From positions 7,901-39,900 of the forward strand of contig NZ_LMCF01000121.1 in assembly GCF_001623075.1 (NCBI RefSeq): a DNA stretch of 32,000 bases. The letters are read 5' to 3'. The translations under genes and the position numbers were made by a program. Every line of letters starts with the position of its first letter. Position 1 is the stretch's first letter. This document shows positions 9,162 to 17,281 of the stretch, piece after piece. Source of the DNA: Pseudovibrio sp. Ad37. GTDB lineage: Bacteria; Pseudomonadota; Alphaproteobacteria; Rhizobiales; Stappiaceae. The notes below the pieces were generated by a model. It had not been told where the DNA came from and ran no database searches. It was given only the letters and a program-made list of their open reading frames with translations.

Positions 9162-9270
9162 GGTCGGATACCTCTTGCAGTGTTTTACAACAACAGTCTC
9201 AGCTTGCCATACTCTTCGTGGGAGTAAAACCGCGATGCTGCCCTATTCCGAAACCCAGAGGTCATAGCCC

Positions 9271-9615
9271 ATGAAGAACTTCATCTCTCAGGGAAATACA
9301 CTTACGTTCACCAATGACACAGGCGCACCGATTAGCTCCGGTAGCGGCGCCTTACTCGGCACCATCTTCGGTGTTGCCGCGGGCGATATAGCGGAGAACG
9401 CAAGCGGTATACTGAACCTTGTGGGCACCTATGAGCTCGCCAAAGCCCCGTCGGAGGCGTGGAGCCTGGGCACCGCTGTCTATTGGGACAACACAGCCAA
9501 ACACTGCACCAATGTTGCTACAGATAACACGCTTATCGGTGCAGCAATTGAAGCCGTTGGTGGTGGGGCCACCGATATTCTTGGCAAGGTACGGCTGAAC
9601 GGCTCGTTTGGCTGA
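9271..9615 (+). CDS. DUF2190-family head decoration (capsid cement) protein
   Basis: 114 aa. MKNFISQGNTLTFT...GVAAGDIA...YWD...LIGAAIEA...GKVRLNG matches the DUF2190 pattern as I recall it. Adjacent to the capsid gene. Confidence 0.75.
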   Translation: MKNFISQGNTLTFTNDTGAPISSGSGALLGTIFGVAAGDIAENASGILNLVGTYELAKAPSEAWSLGTAVYWDNTAKHCTNVATDNTLIGAAIEAVGGGATDILGKVRLNGSFG

Positions 9616-9950
9616 TGGAGTTCTTCTCCTCAGCCATTGATCTGATCTTTGCCGATGATAGCATGGCCCGCACTGCGCTTTACCGCAGCCAAGGCGAAGG
9701 TGGTGGCCTGCTAGTTCGCGTTATCCTACGCTCCCCCGATGCCCTACAGCAGTTTAATGGCGGCAGGTTTCGGCAGGATGCCATGTTCATTGATATGCGG
9801 GTAAGCGAAGTCCCTGAGCTATCCAAACACGATACCTTCGAGCTTTTAGCCGACGACGGAACACCATCAGGACAAGTCTATGAGATCACTGGCGAGCCTG
9901 GCCGAGACCGCGAACATCTTATCTGGCAAGGGGAAGCTGCCAGTTTATGA
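9615..9950 (+). CDS. Putative head-tail joining / head completion protein
   Basis: 111 aa, ATGA-coupled to neighbours and located in the neck-gene slot. Only weak resemblance to gpFII-like head-tail attachment proteins. Confidence 0.55.
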   Translation: MEFFSSAIDLIFADDSMARTALYRSQGEGGGLLVRVILRSPDALQQFNGGRFRQDAMFIDMRVSEVPELSKHDTFELLADDGTPSGQVYEITGEPGRDREHLIWQGEAASL

Positions 9951-10594
9951 AGCTTCTCATCAGCGTCAAAGGTTCTTCAGAAGACCTGATGGTAAAGGAG
10001 CTGGAGCTTGCCGAAAACGCTGTCACCAAAGGCATTCGCGCTGCTGGCAAGGGCCTTAAAGACGACTGGCGTGCACAAATCCAAAGCGCGGGCCTTGGCA
10101 CCAAGCTGTCCCGAACTATCCGCCAGCAGAGTTATCCTTTACGCGGCACAAGCCTCAAAGCGGCCAGCCTAGTTTACAGCCGGGCCAGCAAAGTGGTGGA
10201 TGCCCATGACCGCGGTATTCTTATCCGCTCCAAGGACGGTTTCTTTCTTGCCATTCCCATTGGCGTTGCCGCCAAAATGCGCGGACCGCAAAACAAACGC
10301 ATTACGCCTGGTGGCTTTGAACGGCGTACCGGCATTCGCCTGCGCTTTGTCTATCGGCGTGGACAGCCCTCGCTACTGGTCGCTGACGACGCCCGCTTTA
10401 CCAAACGCGGACGCATTGGCAAGAAAGGTGGTCGCCGACGAAAAGACGGTATCCTGACTGGCGCTCAGACCATCCCGGTGTTTTTGCTGGTGCCCCAGGT
10501 CAAACTCAAGAAGCGCCTGGATCTCGACCGTGACACCGAGCTTTGGGAAAGCCGTCTGCCCGGCCTGATTGTTGCCAACTGGAAAGATCGGTGA
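9947..10594 (+). CDS. Putative neck / tail-completion protein (function assigned by position only)
   Basis: 215 aa, translationally coupled on both sides, between the head-completion and tail-terminator slots. No motif recognised. Confidence 0.5.
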   Translation: MKLLISVKGSSEDLMVKELELAENAVTKGIRAAGKGLKDDWRAQIQSAGLGTKLSRTIRQQSYPLRGTSLKAASLVYSRASKVVDAHDRGILIRSKDGFFLAIPIGVAAKMRGPQNKRITPGGFERRTGIRLRFVYRRGQPSLLVADDARFTKRGRIGKKGGRRRKDGILTGAQTIPVFLLVPQVKLKKRLDLDRDTELWESRLPGLIVANWKDR

Positions 10595-11034
10595 TGAACT
10601 TGAGCACCTCTGAGCAAGTGCTGAAAGCTCTGTTCGAGATGCTGCAAAGCAACAAGCCTGCAGGCGTAAAACTCCTGCGTAATGACGCTTATCCTGAACG
10701 CATCCCTGAGGCTGGTCTCTTGATCCTGCGCGATGGCGATCCGGGTGAGCCGGAAGTAACGCTGTCACCGCCCTCATACCTTTATGAGCACCGCGCGGAC
10801 GTGGATTTGCTGGTTGAGGCACGAGAGGCTGAGGTGCGGGATGCCAACTTTGATACGCTAAAGCAGGCGGTAGGTGCTGCCATTGCATCCGATCGCAGTC
10901 TTAGTGGTCTGTGCGATTACGTGGAGGCCGAAGCTCCAGCGCCAATTGATCTGGCATTGGAAGGCACGCAAGCCATCAAGGCTGCAACCATCACCATCAA
11001 GCTCATCTACACTTCCTCCGATCCCCTCGCATAG
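10594..11034 (+). CDS. Putative tail terminator / tail-completion protein
   Basis: I prefer the ATG at 10594 (TGATG overlap with the upstream stop) over the track start at 10543. It lies immediately upstream of the major tail gene. Confidence 0.55.
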   Translation: MNLSTSEQVLKALFEMLQSNKPAGVKLLRNDAYPERIPEAGLLILRDGDPGEPEVTLSPPSYLYEHRADVDLLVEAREAEVRDANFDTLKQAVGAAIASDRSLSGLCDYVEAEAPAPIDLALEGTQAIKAATITIKLIYTSSDPLA

Positions 11035-11046
11035 AAAGGAAGACCT

Positions 11047-12006
11047 ATGGCCCGTGCCCGAGGTGCCCGCTCTGTTCTGGCAGCTGCCTTTGAAACAACC
11101 TATGGCACCGCTCCAGCTGCGGGCTCATATTGGAAGATGCCCTTTGCCAGTTCCAACCTTGGCAGTGAGCAGCCCTTGCTGGAAAGCGAGCTTCTGGGTC
11201 AGGGCCGCGATCCCTACCCGCCGGTCAAAGACGCCATCACCACGGAAGGCGATATCAGCGTGCCCATTGATGTGCGCTATCTTGGCATCTGGCTAAAGGC
11301 GCTGTTCGGCGCACCAGAGACAACAGGTTCTGCAGCGCCCTACTCGCATGAGTTTCAAAGTGGTAAATGGGACCTGCCCAGTCTTGCCATTGAGGTGGGC
11401 ATGCCGGATGTACCCTACTTTGCGATGAACACAGGATGCCGTGCCAACTCCATCAACTGGACCATGCAGCGCTCAGGACTGGTAACGGCCACCGTCAACC
11501 TGATTGCTCAAGGTGAGGTTACTGGCACCACCTCCAACACCGGTGATCTGGAGCAACTGCCTCTCAAGCGGTTTGGCTCTTTTAGCGGGTCCATCCTGCG
11601 CAACGATACTCAACTCGGCAACATCACTTCTGGCCAGATCACCTATACCAACAATCTGGAGCCTATCGAGACTATCCGCGGAGATGGCATGATTGATGAC
11701 GCAGATCCGGCTATGGCCATGCTATCCGGCACCATCGATGTGCGCTTTGCCGATCAGACGCTTTTGTCTCAAGCACTTGCTGGAGAACCCTGCAAACTGA
11801 GTTTCCGCTATGCGCTGGGCAATGACACCAACTTTGAGCTTGTCGCCCAGGCGGTTTACTTGCCTAAGCCTAAGCTTGCCATTGAAGGACCCGGCGGTGT
11901 TCAGGTGAGCTTTGCCTGGCAAGCGGCCCGTGACGAGGCGTTGGGCCGAATGGCAACAATCATGCTTAAGAACGATGTTGCTTCCTATGACAACCCATCT
12001 GTTTAG
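11047..12006 (+). CDS. Major tail (tube) protein
   Basis: 319 aa with a good SD (GAAAGGAAG). It sits before the chaperone and tape measure genes and resembles the alphaproteobacterial phage tail tube family. Confidence 0.75.
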   Translation: MARARGARSVLAAAFETTYGTAPAAGSYWKMPFASSNLGSEQPLLESELLGQGRDPYPPVKDAITTEGDISVPIDVRYLGIWLKALFGAPETTGSAAPYSHEFQSGKWDLPSLAIEVGMPDVPYFAMNTGCRANSINWTMQRSGLVTATVNLIAQGEVTGTTSNTGDLEQLPLKRFGSFSGSILRNDTQLGNITSGQITYTNNLEPIETIRGDGMIDDADPAMAMLSGTIDVRFADQTLLSQALAGEPCKLSFRYALGNDTNFELVAQAVYLPKPKLAIEGPGGVQVSFAWQAARDEALGRMATIMLKNDVASYDNPSV

Positions 12007-12065
12007 ATCGTTTTCTTATCCGAAAACCGGACCACTTTTCGGGAAAACGCGGCAAGGAGACTGCC

Positions 12066-12593
12066 ATGCGCCTTGATCTTAGCTTAGAGCCCAAATGGTA
12101 TGACCTCATCCCCGAAGCTGGCATTCGGGTACTGGCCGATCCCGCCATCACCGACATCATGGACGCCGCCCGAGAGGATGAACGATTGATCGCTCTTGCC
12201 GGTGACGAACCTCTATCTGAGGTGATCGAGCCCGGCAAAGCCACCAGGCTTGCCCGTGTTCTGTCTCTAGTCGTTGCACAGCAAGTCATTCGTGACTGGG
12301 AAGGTGTGGAAGAAGAGGCTGGCGTTAAGGCAAAGTTGACACCTGACCACATCGAAGCATTTCTGAGGCACCCACAAATTGCCGATGCTTGGTTGCTTTA
12401 CTACATGCAATATTGGCTTCAGGTAGACAAAGATATACTTGAAGAAAAAAACGTCTCTGCGCCCTTGCTGAGTGGCACTTCAGCGGCGGCGCAGAGTATT
12501 GCAGCGCGTGCCCCAGTAAATGCAAAGACTGCCCGCAAAAACAACACCAGCCGCAAAGCCAGGAAGGCCGCCGGCTCTGGCAGGTCGTCATGA
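12066..12593 (+). CDS. Tail assembly chaperone (gpG-like)
   Basis: 175 aa between tail tube and tape measure, with SD AAGGAGA. Contains the slippery heptamer at 12446-12452. Confidence 0.65.
   Translation: MRLDLSLEPKWYDLIPEAGIRVLADPAITDIMDAAREDERLIALAGDEPLSEVIEPGKATRLARVLSLVVAQQVIRDWEGVEEEAGVKAKLTPDHIEAFLRHPQIADAWLLYYMQYWLQVDKDILEEKNVSAPLLSGTSAAAQSIAARAPVNAKTARKNNTSRKARKAAGSGRSS
12446..12452 (+). promoter_or_regulatory. Candidate programmed -1 ribosomal frameshift site A_AAA_AAC (gpG/gpGT-like)
   Basis: The heptamer is in the correct X_XXY_YYZ phase of the chaperone ORF. The -1 frame opens at 12443 (TGA at 12440-12442) and stays open to 12781. A 9-bp stem (12455-12463 with 12488-12496) plus a 5-bp inner stem (12467-12471 with 12480-12484) follows. 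Confidence 0.5.
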
Positions 12594-12781
12594 GACTGGG
12601 CGGTCAGGTGCGCACCATCTCCACCATGAACGGCTATGTGGTTCTGGGCTGGGACATGGGAGCTGCCTTAAAGCTTGCTGATAATCTTGATGCCAATCCA
12701 TATCTGGCAGCTTTGATCCTGCCCGAGATCGAGCAGATCGCATGTGCCAAGATTAACGAGAGGCTGCAGGCGGATGGTTGA
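12590..12781 (+). CDS. Small tail assembly protein / distal part of a frameshifted chaperone (gpT-like segment)
   Basis: 63-aa ORF in the -1 frame relative to the chaperone gene. It has its own ATG in an ATGA overlap and ends 8 nt inside the tape measure gene. Confidence 0.5.
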   Translation: MRLGGQVRTISTMNGYVVLGWDMGAALKLADNLDANPYLAALILPEIEQIACAKINERLQADG

Positions 12782-14777
12782 GCGCAAGGTCTCTGTCAGG
12801 CTAGCAGCTATTGGCGGTAAAGCCGTCAAAGATGATCTGGCTGCCATCGGCAAGACTGGTAGTGTGTCTCTTACCCAGATCGGCTCGGCCAGCGAGGCTG
12901 CTAATGCGGGACTTGATGAGGTCTCTTTAGCTGTTGCCAGAGGCCGAGAACAATTGGAACAGCTTGCCGCAAAAGCTGCGCGATCAGCCAATGCCCTCAG
13001 AGCAACGGCAACAGCCACCACACCGCTGATTGATCAGATCAATCGTATGAGCGGCGTGACACCCGCGATTGGCAAAACCACAGCAGAGTTTCTCGCCCAA
13101 GGCCAGGCACTTGATGATCTACGGGCCAGATACAATCCTGTCTTTGGTGTGATCCGCAGATACCGGCAAGCCATCTCAGAGATTAAAGCCGCCCATCTGG
13201 AAGGCGCGCTTTCTGCAAATGAGATGACAGCTGCTATTTCTCGCGAACGCAGCGAGACCTTGCAAAGCATTGCCGCCCTTAAGAACCGAACAACGGCTAT
13301 CACCCGTATGGCCCGTGCATCGCGAGGTGCGACCCTGCGCCTGCAGCAGATGTTCTTTCAGGTGAATGATATTGGCGTCTCGCTGGCCGGTGGGCAGAAC
13401 CCGTTTCTGGTGCTGGCCCAGCAAGGCACGCAGATTGCCCAGATCTATGGTTTTGGTAATGGCGGCGTCTCTGGAGCCTTCAAAGATCTAAGATCCCTTC
13501 TTGTCGGTGTGGCGCGCAGGTTCTGGCCAGTGGCTGTTGCCGTGGGTGTGGTGACAGCTGCCCTTGCAGGTTTGACCTATGAGATCAACCAGACCACCGA
13601 TGTGTCTGTCACCATGGGTGATACTTTGTTGGCGGTCTGGCAACTCATCCGTGACGGGTTTAATGCGCTGGTCGCTCCTCTTATCAATGCGATTGCTCCA
13701 TGGTTTGAAGCAGCCTGGACCCGTGTGGTGGCTGCCACCAAAGCAACCGGTAACTTCATCATCAACGAGATGAAGATCACTTATGAGATCATCACCACCA
13801 TCTGGGAGCAATTGCCAGCTGCCTTTGCAGCACTCATGATCGGAGCCACCAATGCAGTCATCCGTGGTATCAATCTGATGATCCGCAAAACCACCCAGGG
13901 CCTTAACACGCTAAGCCGAGCGGCTAATCGGGTTCTATCCAATATTCCAGGCCTTGATGAAAACTTCCGTATTGGCCAGCTCAAAAACATCCAGATTGAG
14001 CAGATCGCCAATCCTTATGCCGATCAGGTCGCGACTGCTTCCAGAGCGCTGGATGAGCTCGTTACTGAAATCGCGAAGCAAGATCCCATGGGTGAGTTGT
14101 TTTCTGCCATCAAAACCCGCGCTGTCCAGAACGCCCTCAGCCGCATTGCTGAAACGGCAGATAAAACCGGCAAGGCAGTCAAAAAAGCTGCAGAAGAGGC
14201 CAAGGTCGGATGGGAGGCAGCACTTGCATCAATCGAGGCCTATGTGGCCAGTGCCCGCGATATTGGCGCTGCCTTTGGCGATCGCATTGCCAAAGTGTTT
14301 TCAGATGGCGAGCAAGCCATTGCGAACTTCGTTCAAACCGGCAAGTTGGAGTTTAAAAGCCTCATCACCTCGCTCATTGCCGATATGGCCAAGCTGGCAG
14401 CCCGGCGCTTTATCTTTGGACCCATTGCCTCGGGGCTTTCTGCGGGCTTGAGCAATCCATCCAGCGGTCTGCAAAACCTGCTGTCTGGCTTCTTCAAGTC
14501 GCTCCTGACGCCGACGACAAGTTTTGCCGGTGGTGGGCATACGGGCTCGGCCCCGCGCACCGGCGGGCTTGATGGCCGCGGCGGGTTCCTCGCGCTGATG
14601 CATCCGCAAGAGCGGATCATTGATGAGTTCAGAGGTGGCAGGCAGCAGCAACAACAATCTATGCCGCCCGTTATCGTCAATATCGAAACCCGCGATGCAG
14701 AGTCCTTTCGCCAATCCAGAACACAGGTGGCAGCTGACATTCAGCGGGTGGTGGCTCGCGGTCGCCGAGGGCTTTAA
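12774..14777 (+). CDS. Tail tape measure protein
   Basis: About 667 aa from the ATG at 12774 (the track start, GTG 12744, is also possible). Ala/Gly-rich helical protein with internal hydrophobic segments, in the canonical position. Confidence 0.85.
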   Translation: MVERKVSVRLAAIGGKAVKDDLAAIGKTGSVSLTQIGSASEAANAGLDEVSLAVARGREQLEQLAAKAARSANALRATATATTPLIDQINRMSGVTPAIGKTTAEFLAQGQALDDLRARYNPVFGVIRRYRQAISEIKAAHLEGALSANEMTAAISRERSETLQSIAALKNRTTAITRMARASRGATLRLQQMFFQVNDIGVSLAGGQNPFLVLAQQGTQIAQIYGFGNGGVSGAFKDLRSLLVGVARRFWPVAVAVGVVTAALAGLTYEINQTTDVSVTMGDTLLAVWQLIRDGFNALVAPLINAIAPWFEAAWTRVVAATKATGNFIINEMKITYEIITTIWEQLPAAFAALMIGATNAVIRGINLMIRKTTQGLNTLSRAANRVLSNIPGLDENFRIGQLKNIQIEQIANPYADQVATASRALDELVTEIAKQDPMGELFSAIKTRAVQNALSRIAETADKTGKAVKKAAEEAKVGWEAALASIEAYVASARDIGAAFGDRIAKVFSDGEQAIANFVQTGKLEFKSLITSLIADMAKLAARRFIFGPIASGLSAGLSNPSSGLQNLLSGFFKSLLTPTTSFAGGGHTGSAPRTGGLDGRGGFLALMHPQERIIDEFRGGRQQQQQSMPPVIVNIETRDAESFRQSRTQVAADIQRVVARGRRGL

Positions 14778-15406
14778 TGGTCTTTCATGATGTGCGGTTC
14801 CCGGAGAAGATCAGCCGCGGAGCCCGCGGTGGACCGCGCCGCCGCACGCAAGTGGTTGAGCTTTACTCTGGAAATGAGGAGCGTAATGCCTCCTGGGCCA
14901 ACTCCCGGCGTGAATATGATGTTGCTTTTGGCATTCGCAGCAATGACCAACTGCAAGAGGTCATTGCCTTCTTTGAAGCACGCAATGGAAGGCTCTATGC
15001 TTTCCGCTTCAAGGATTGGGCCGACTATAAAAGCTCCATGCCCTCAAGAGCGATCACACCTCTGGATCAGCAGCTGGGCGTTGGGGATGGCACGCAGGCA
15101 GCATTCCAGTTGCGCAAACTCTACGGCACTGAGGCGCTTGGATACTGGCGCACAATCACAAAGCCTGTTGCCGATAATATCCGTATTGCAGTGAATGGCC
15201 TCACGCAAGCCAGCGGCTGGACAGCTGACCTTGCCACTGGTCTCATCAACTTCAATAGCGCTCCTACAGCAGGAGCTGTCATCACCGCAGGCTTTGAGTT
15301 TGATGTGCCCTGCCGCTTTGACACCGACAGCATCGACATCACGCTAGACCTGGAGCGCCTCGGGTCCATCACCTCTATTCCGCTCATTGAAGTTCGGGAC
15401 ACCTGA
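14777..15406 (+). CDS. Distal tail protein, DUF2460 family (RcGTA g12 homologue)
   Basis: MVFHDVRFPEKISRGARGGPRRRT...NEERNASWANSRREYD...FFEARNGRLYAFRFKDWADYKS closely follows the RcGTA g12/TIGR02217 pattern. Confidence 0.9.
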   Translation: MVFHDVRFPEKISRGARGGPRRRTQVVELYSGNEERNASWANSRREYDVAFGIRSNDQLQEVIAFFEARNGRLYAFRFKDWADYKSSMPSRAITPLDQQLGVGDGTQAAFQLRKLYGTEALGYWRTITKPVADNIRIAVNGLTQASGWTADLATGLINFNSAPTAGAVITAGFEFDVPCRFDTDSIDITLDLERLGSITSIPLIEVRDT

Positions 15407-15409
15407 CAC

Positions 15410-16294
15410 ATGAAGAAGCTCTCGGAAGACCTGGCAACTCACCTTGCCAGCGGCACCACCACCCTGTGTTGGTGCTGGCGGCTGATCCGCAAAGACGGTG
15501 TGGTCTTTGGCTTTACCGATCATGATCTGACACTTCAGTTTGATGGCACCAGCTTTGAACCGGAGACCGGGCTCATTCCATCAGAGTTGCGTGCCTCTTC
15601 TGATCTTGCCGTTGATGCTCAGGAAGCCGAAGGGGTGCTATCTTCCGACCATATCTCCGAGCCCGATATCTTTGCCGGGCTTTGGGACAATGCCAGCGTA
15701 GAGGTATGGCGGGTCAACTGGCGAAACGCTGAAGACCGGGTTTTAATGCGGCGCGGATCCATCGGCCAAATCCGGCGCGGCAAAACCGCCTTTGTCGCCG
15801 AGGTGCGCAGCATGGCCCATGTGCTGGAGCAAAGCGTAGGCCGCACCTTCCAGAATGCCTGCGATGCAGCTCTTGGTGACAACCGCTGCAAGGTCAATCT
15901 GGAAGCGCCTGAACTTAGCACTACCGGCACCGTCACCAGCCTCATCAGCGATCGTGGCTTTGTCGTCTCTGGCTTAGATGAATTTGCAGCTGACTGGTTT
16001 GCTCTTGGCCTGCTTAACTGGCAGAGTGGCGAGAACCAAGATCGGCAGGTAGAAGTCTCCCGCCATGAGATCATCTCTGGCGTTACCATCATCACATTGC
16101 TGGAAGCGCCGGTGCGACGGTTTACTATTGGAGATACTTTCCAGATTAAGGCCGGCTGTGACAAGCTCTGGCAAACTTGTCTGGAAAAGTTCAGCAACGG
16201 CGATAACTATCGCGGCTTCCCGCACATTCCCGGCAATGACACGCTGATCCGCTATGCCGCTACTAGTCGTGGGCATAAGGGTGAGCCGTTGTGA
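15410..16294 (+). CDS. Tail hub protein, DUF2163 / BR0599 family (RcGTA g13 homologue)
   Basis: HLASGTTTLCWCWRLIRKDGVVFGFTDHD is the hallmark N-terminus of this family. Synteny fits. Confidence 0.9.
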   Translation: MKKLSEDLATHLASGTTTLCWCWRLIRKDGVVFGFTDHDLTLQFDGTSFEPETGLIPSELRASSDLAVDAQEAEGVLSSDHISEPDIFAGLWDNASVEVWRVNWRNAEDRVLMRRGSIGQIRRGKTAFVAEVRSMAHVLEQSVGRTFQNACDAALGDNRCKVNLEAPELSTTGTVTSLISDRGFVVSGLDEFAADWFALGLLNWQSGENQDRQVEVSRHEIISGVTIITLLEAPVRRFTIGDTFQIKAGCDKLWQTCLEKFSNGDNYRGFPHIPGNDTLIRYAATSRGHKGEPL

Positions 16295-16740
16295 ACAAGG
16301 ATCAAGCAAAGCGCATTGTTGCTGCTGCTCAGCGCTGGATCGGAACGTCCTATCACGATCAGGCCAGTGTTCGCGGCGTGGGCTGTGATTGTCTTGGGCT
16401 CGTTCGCGGTGTCTGGCGTGAGGTTGTTGGTGACGAGCCAACTGACATCCCGCCCTATACACGGGATTGGGGGGAAGCCGGAGATGTGGAAGTGCTAGCG
16501 GAAGGGGCAAGCAAGTGGCTGCTGCCGGTGTCTCTGGAGGATATCAAGCCTGGCTGTATTCTGCTGTTTCGGATGAAAGATGCTGCAATCGCCAAGCATT
16601 GCGGGATCATGAGTGATGCGGCCCACTTCATCCACGCCTATGAGCGGGTTGGGGTGATCGAACAACAGCTGACAAAGACGTGGATGCGGAGATTGGCATT
16701 TGGGTTTAAAGCAAATACATCAAGCAAGTTCAGCTTCTGA
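16291..16740 (+). CDS. NlpC/P60-family phage cell wall peptidase (RcGTA g14 homologue)
   Basis: RWIGTSYHDQASVRGVGCDCLGLVRGVW (catalytic Cys) and HFIHAYE (His). GTGA overlap with the upstream gene. The last ~21 nt overlap the convergent moron. Confidence 0.9.
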   Translation: MNKDQAKRIVAAAQRWIGTSYHDQASVRGVGCDCLGLVRGVWREVVGDEPTDIPPYTRDWGEAGDVEVLAEGASKWLLPVSLEDIKPGCILLFRMKDAAIAKHCGIMSDAAHFIHAYERVGVIEQQLTKTWMRRLAFGFKANTSSKFSF

Positions 16741-17205
16741 CTTTTCGCAAGCTAAAGACAGAAGATTAAAGGCATTCTCGTATTGCTTCCATTTAGGCCT
16801 AGGGACCCACTTACCTGCCGCATTTTCATTCGCAAATACAATGCTGTACTTCCCAGCGTTCTTGCCGCTCTTGTTTTGATTTGCTTTCTCAATGAGCTCC
16901 AAGGACGGCATTACCCAGTAAGTATCGCACGCCTCTGAATAGAAGAGGAAATAGAAGTTTTCCCTTGGCTCTCTAATCTCCATAGCAGAAAACGTACTTG
17001 CATTTTTTGCGGCTGTAGAACGCGCTTTGATTTGCAAATCAATATACTGCGGCGGAGAGGTTGGAAGTCGAATGATGCAATCAATCTGCTGATCATCGAC
17101 AAGAGTCATGTAAACATCATAGCCCCTCTTAAGGAGCTCAGCTACAGCTACATATTCCTGGCGCTTTCCAAATGACGCTGTTGAGCGAAAGCTAGTTTCC
17201 TTCAT
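16720..17205 (-). CDS. PD-(D/E)XK (restriction-endonuclease-fold) protein, 161 aa, reverse-strand AT-rich moron
   Basis: ATG at 17205 preceded by GAGGAGAG. Motifs GKRQEYVAVAELLKRGYDV...VDDQQIDCIIRL...YIDLQIKARS give an E...D...(D/Q)xK layout. My hand count for 16741-17280 is 235 G+C of 540 nt (43.5%), against 57-67% in the flanking 60-nt blocks. Confidence 0.7.
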   Translation of the reverse strand: MKETSFRSTASFGKRQEYVAVAELLKRGYDVYMTLVDDQQIDCIIRLPTSPPQYIDLQIKARSTAAKNASTFSAMEIREPRENFYFLFYSEACDTYWVMPSLELIEKANQNKSGKNAGKYSIVFANENAAGKWVPRPKWKQYENAFNLLSLACEKSEAELA

Positions 17206-17240
17206 GACACTCTCCTCAAAATGCAATTTAAAACAACTTA

Positions 17241-17268
17241 AGCATACTTGATACACAAGCAAGCTCAA
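17241..17268 (-). promoter_or_regulatory. Possible sigma70-like promoter for the nuclease moron (-35 TTGAGC, 16-nt spacer, -10 TATGCT on the minus strand)
   Basis: Read from the reverse complement of 17241-17268, located in the AT-rich spacer upstream of the moron start. Not experimentally supported. Confidence 0.3.
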
Positions 17269-17281
17269 GCATGAGGCATTC

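Noticed and set aside
14643-14657. CAG/CAA run encoding QQQQQ near the tape measure C-terminus
   Set aside because: It is a short low-complexity stretch, common in tape measure proteins and not a meaningful repeat.
3796-16510. Many 100-200-aa minus-strand ORFs inside the phage structural genes (e.g. 3796-4275, 4865-5464, 6705-7148, 10373-10888, 15619-16197, 15974-16510)
   Set aside because: They are antisense to well-supported, translationally coupled phage genes. Their Arg/Ala/Pro/Ser-rich translations are consistent with the GC-rich antisense frame being open by chance.
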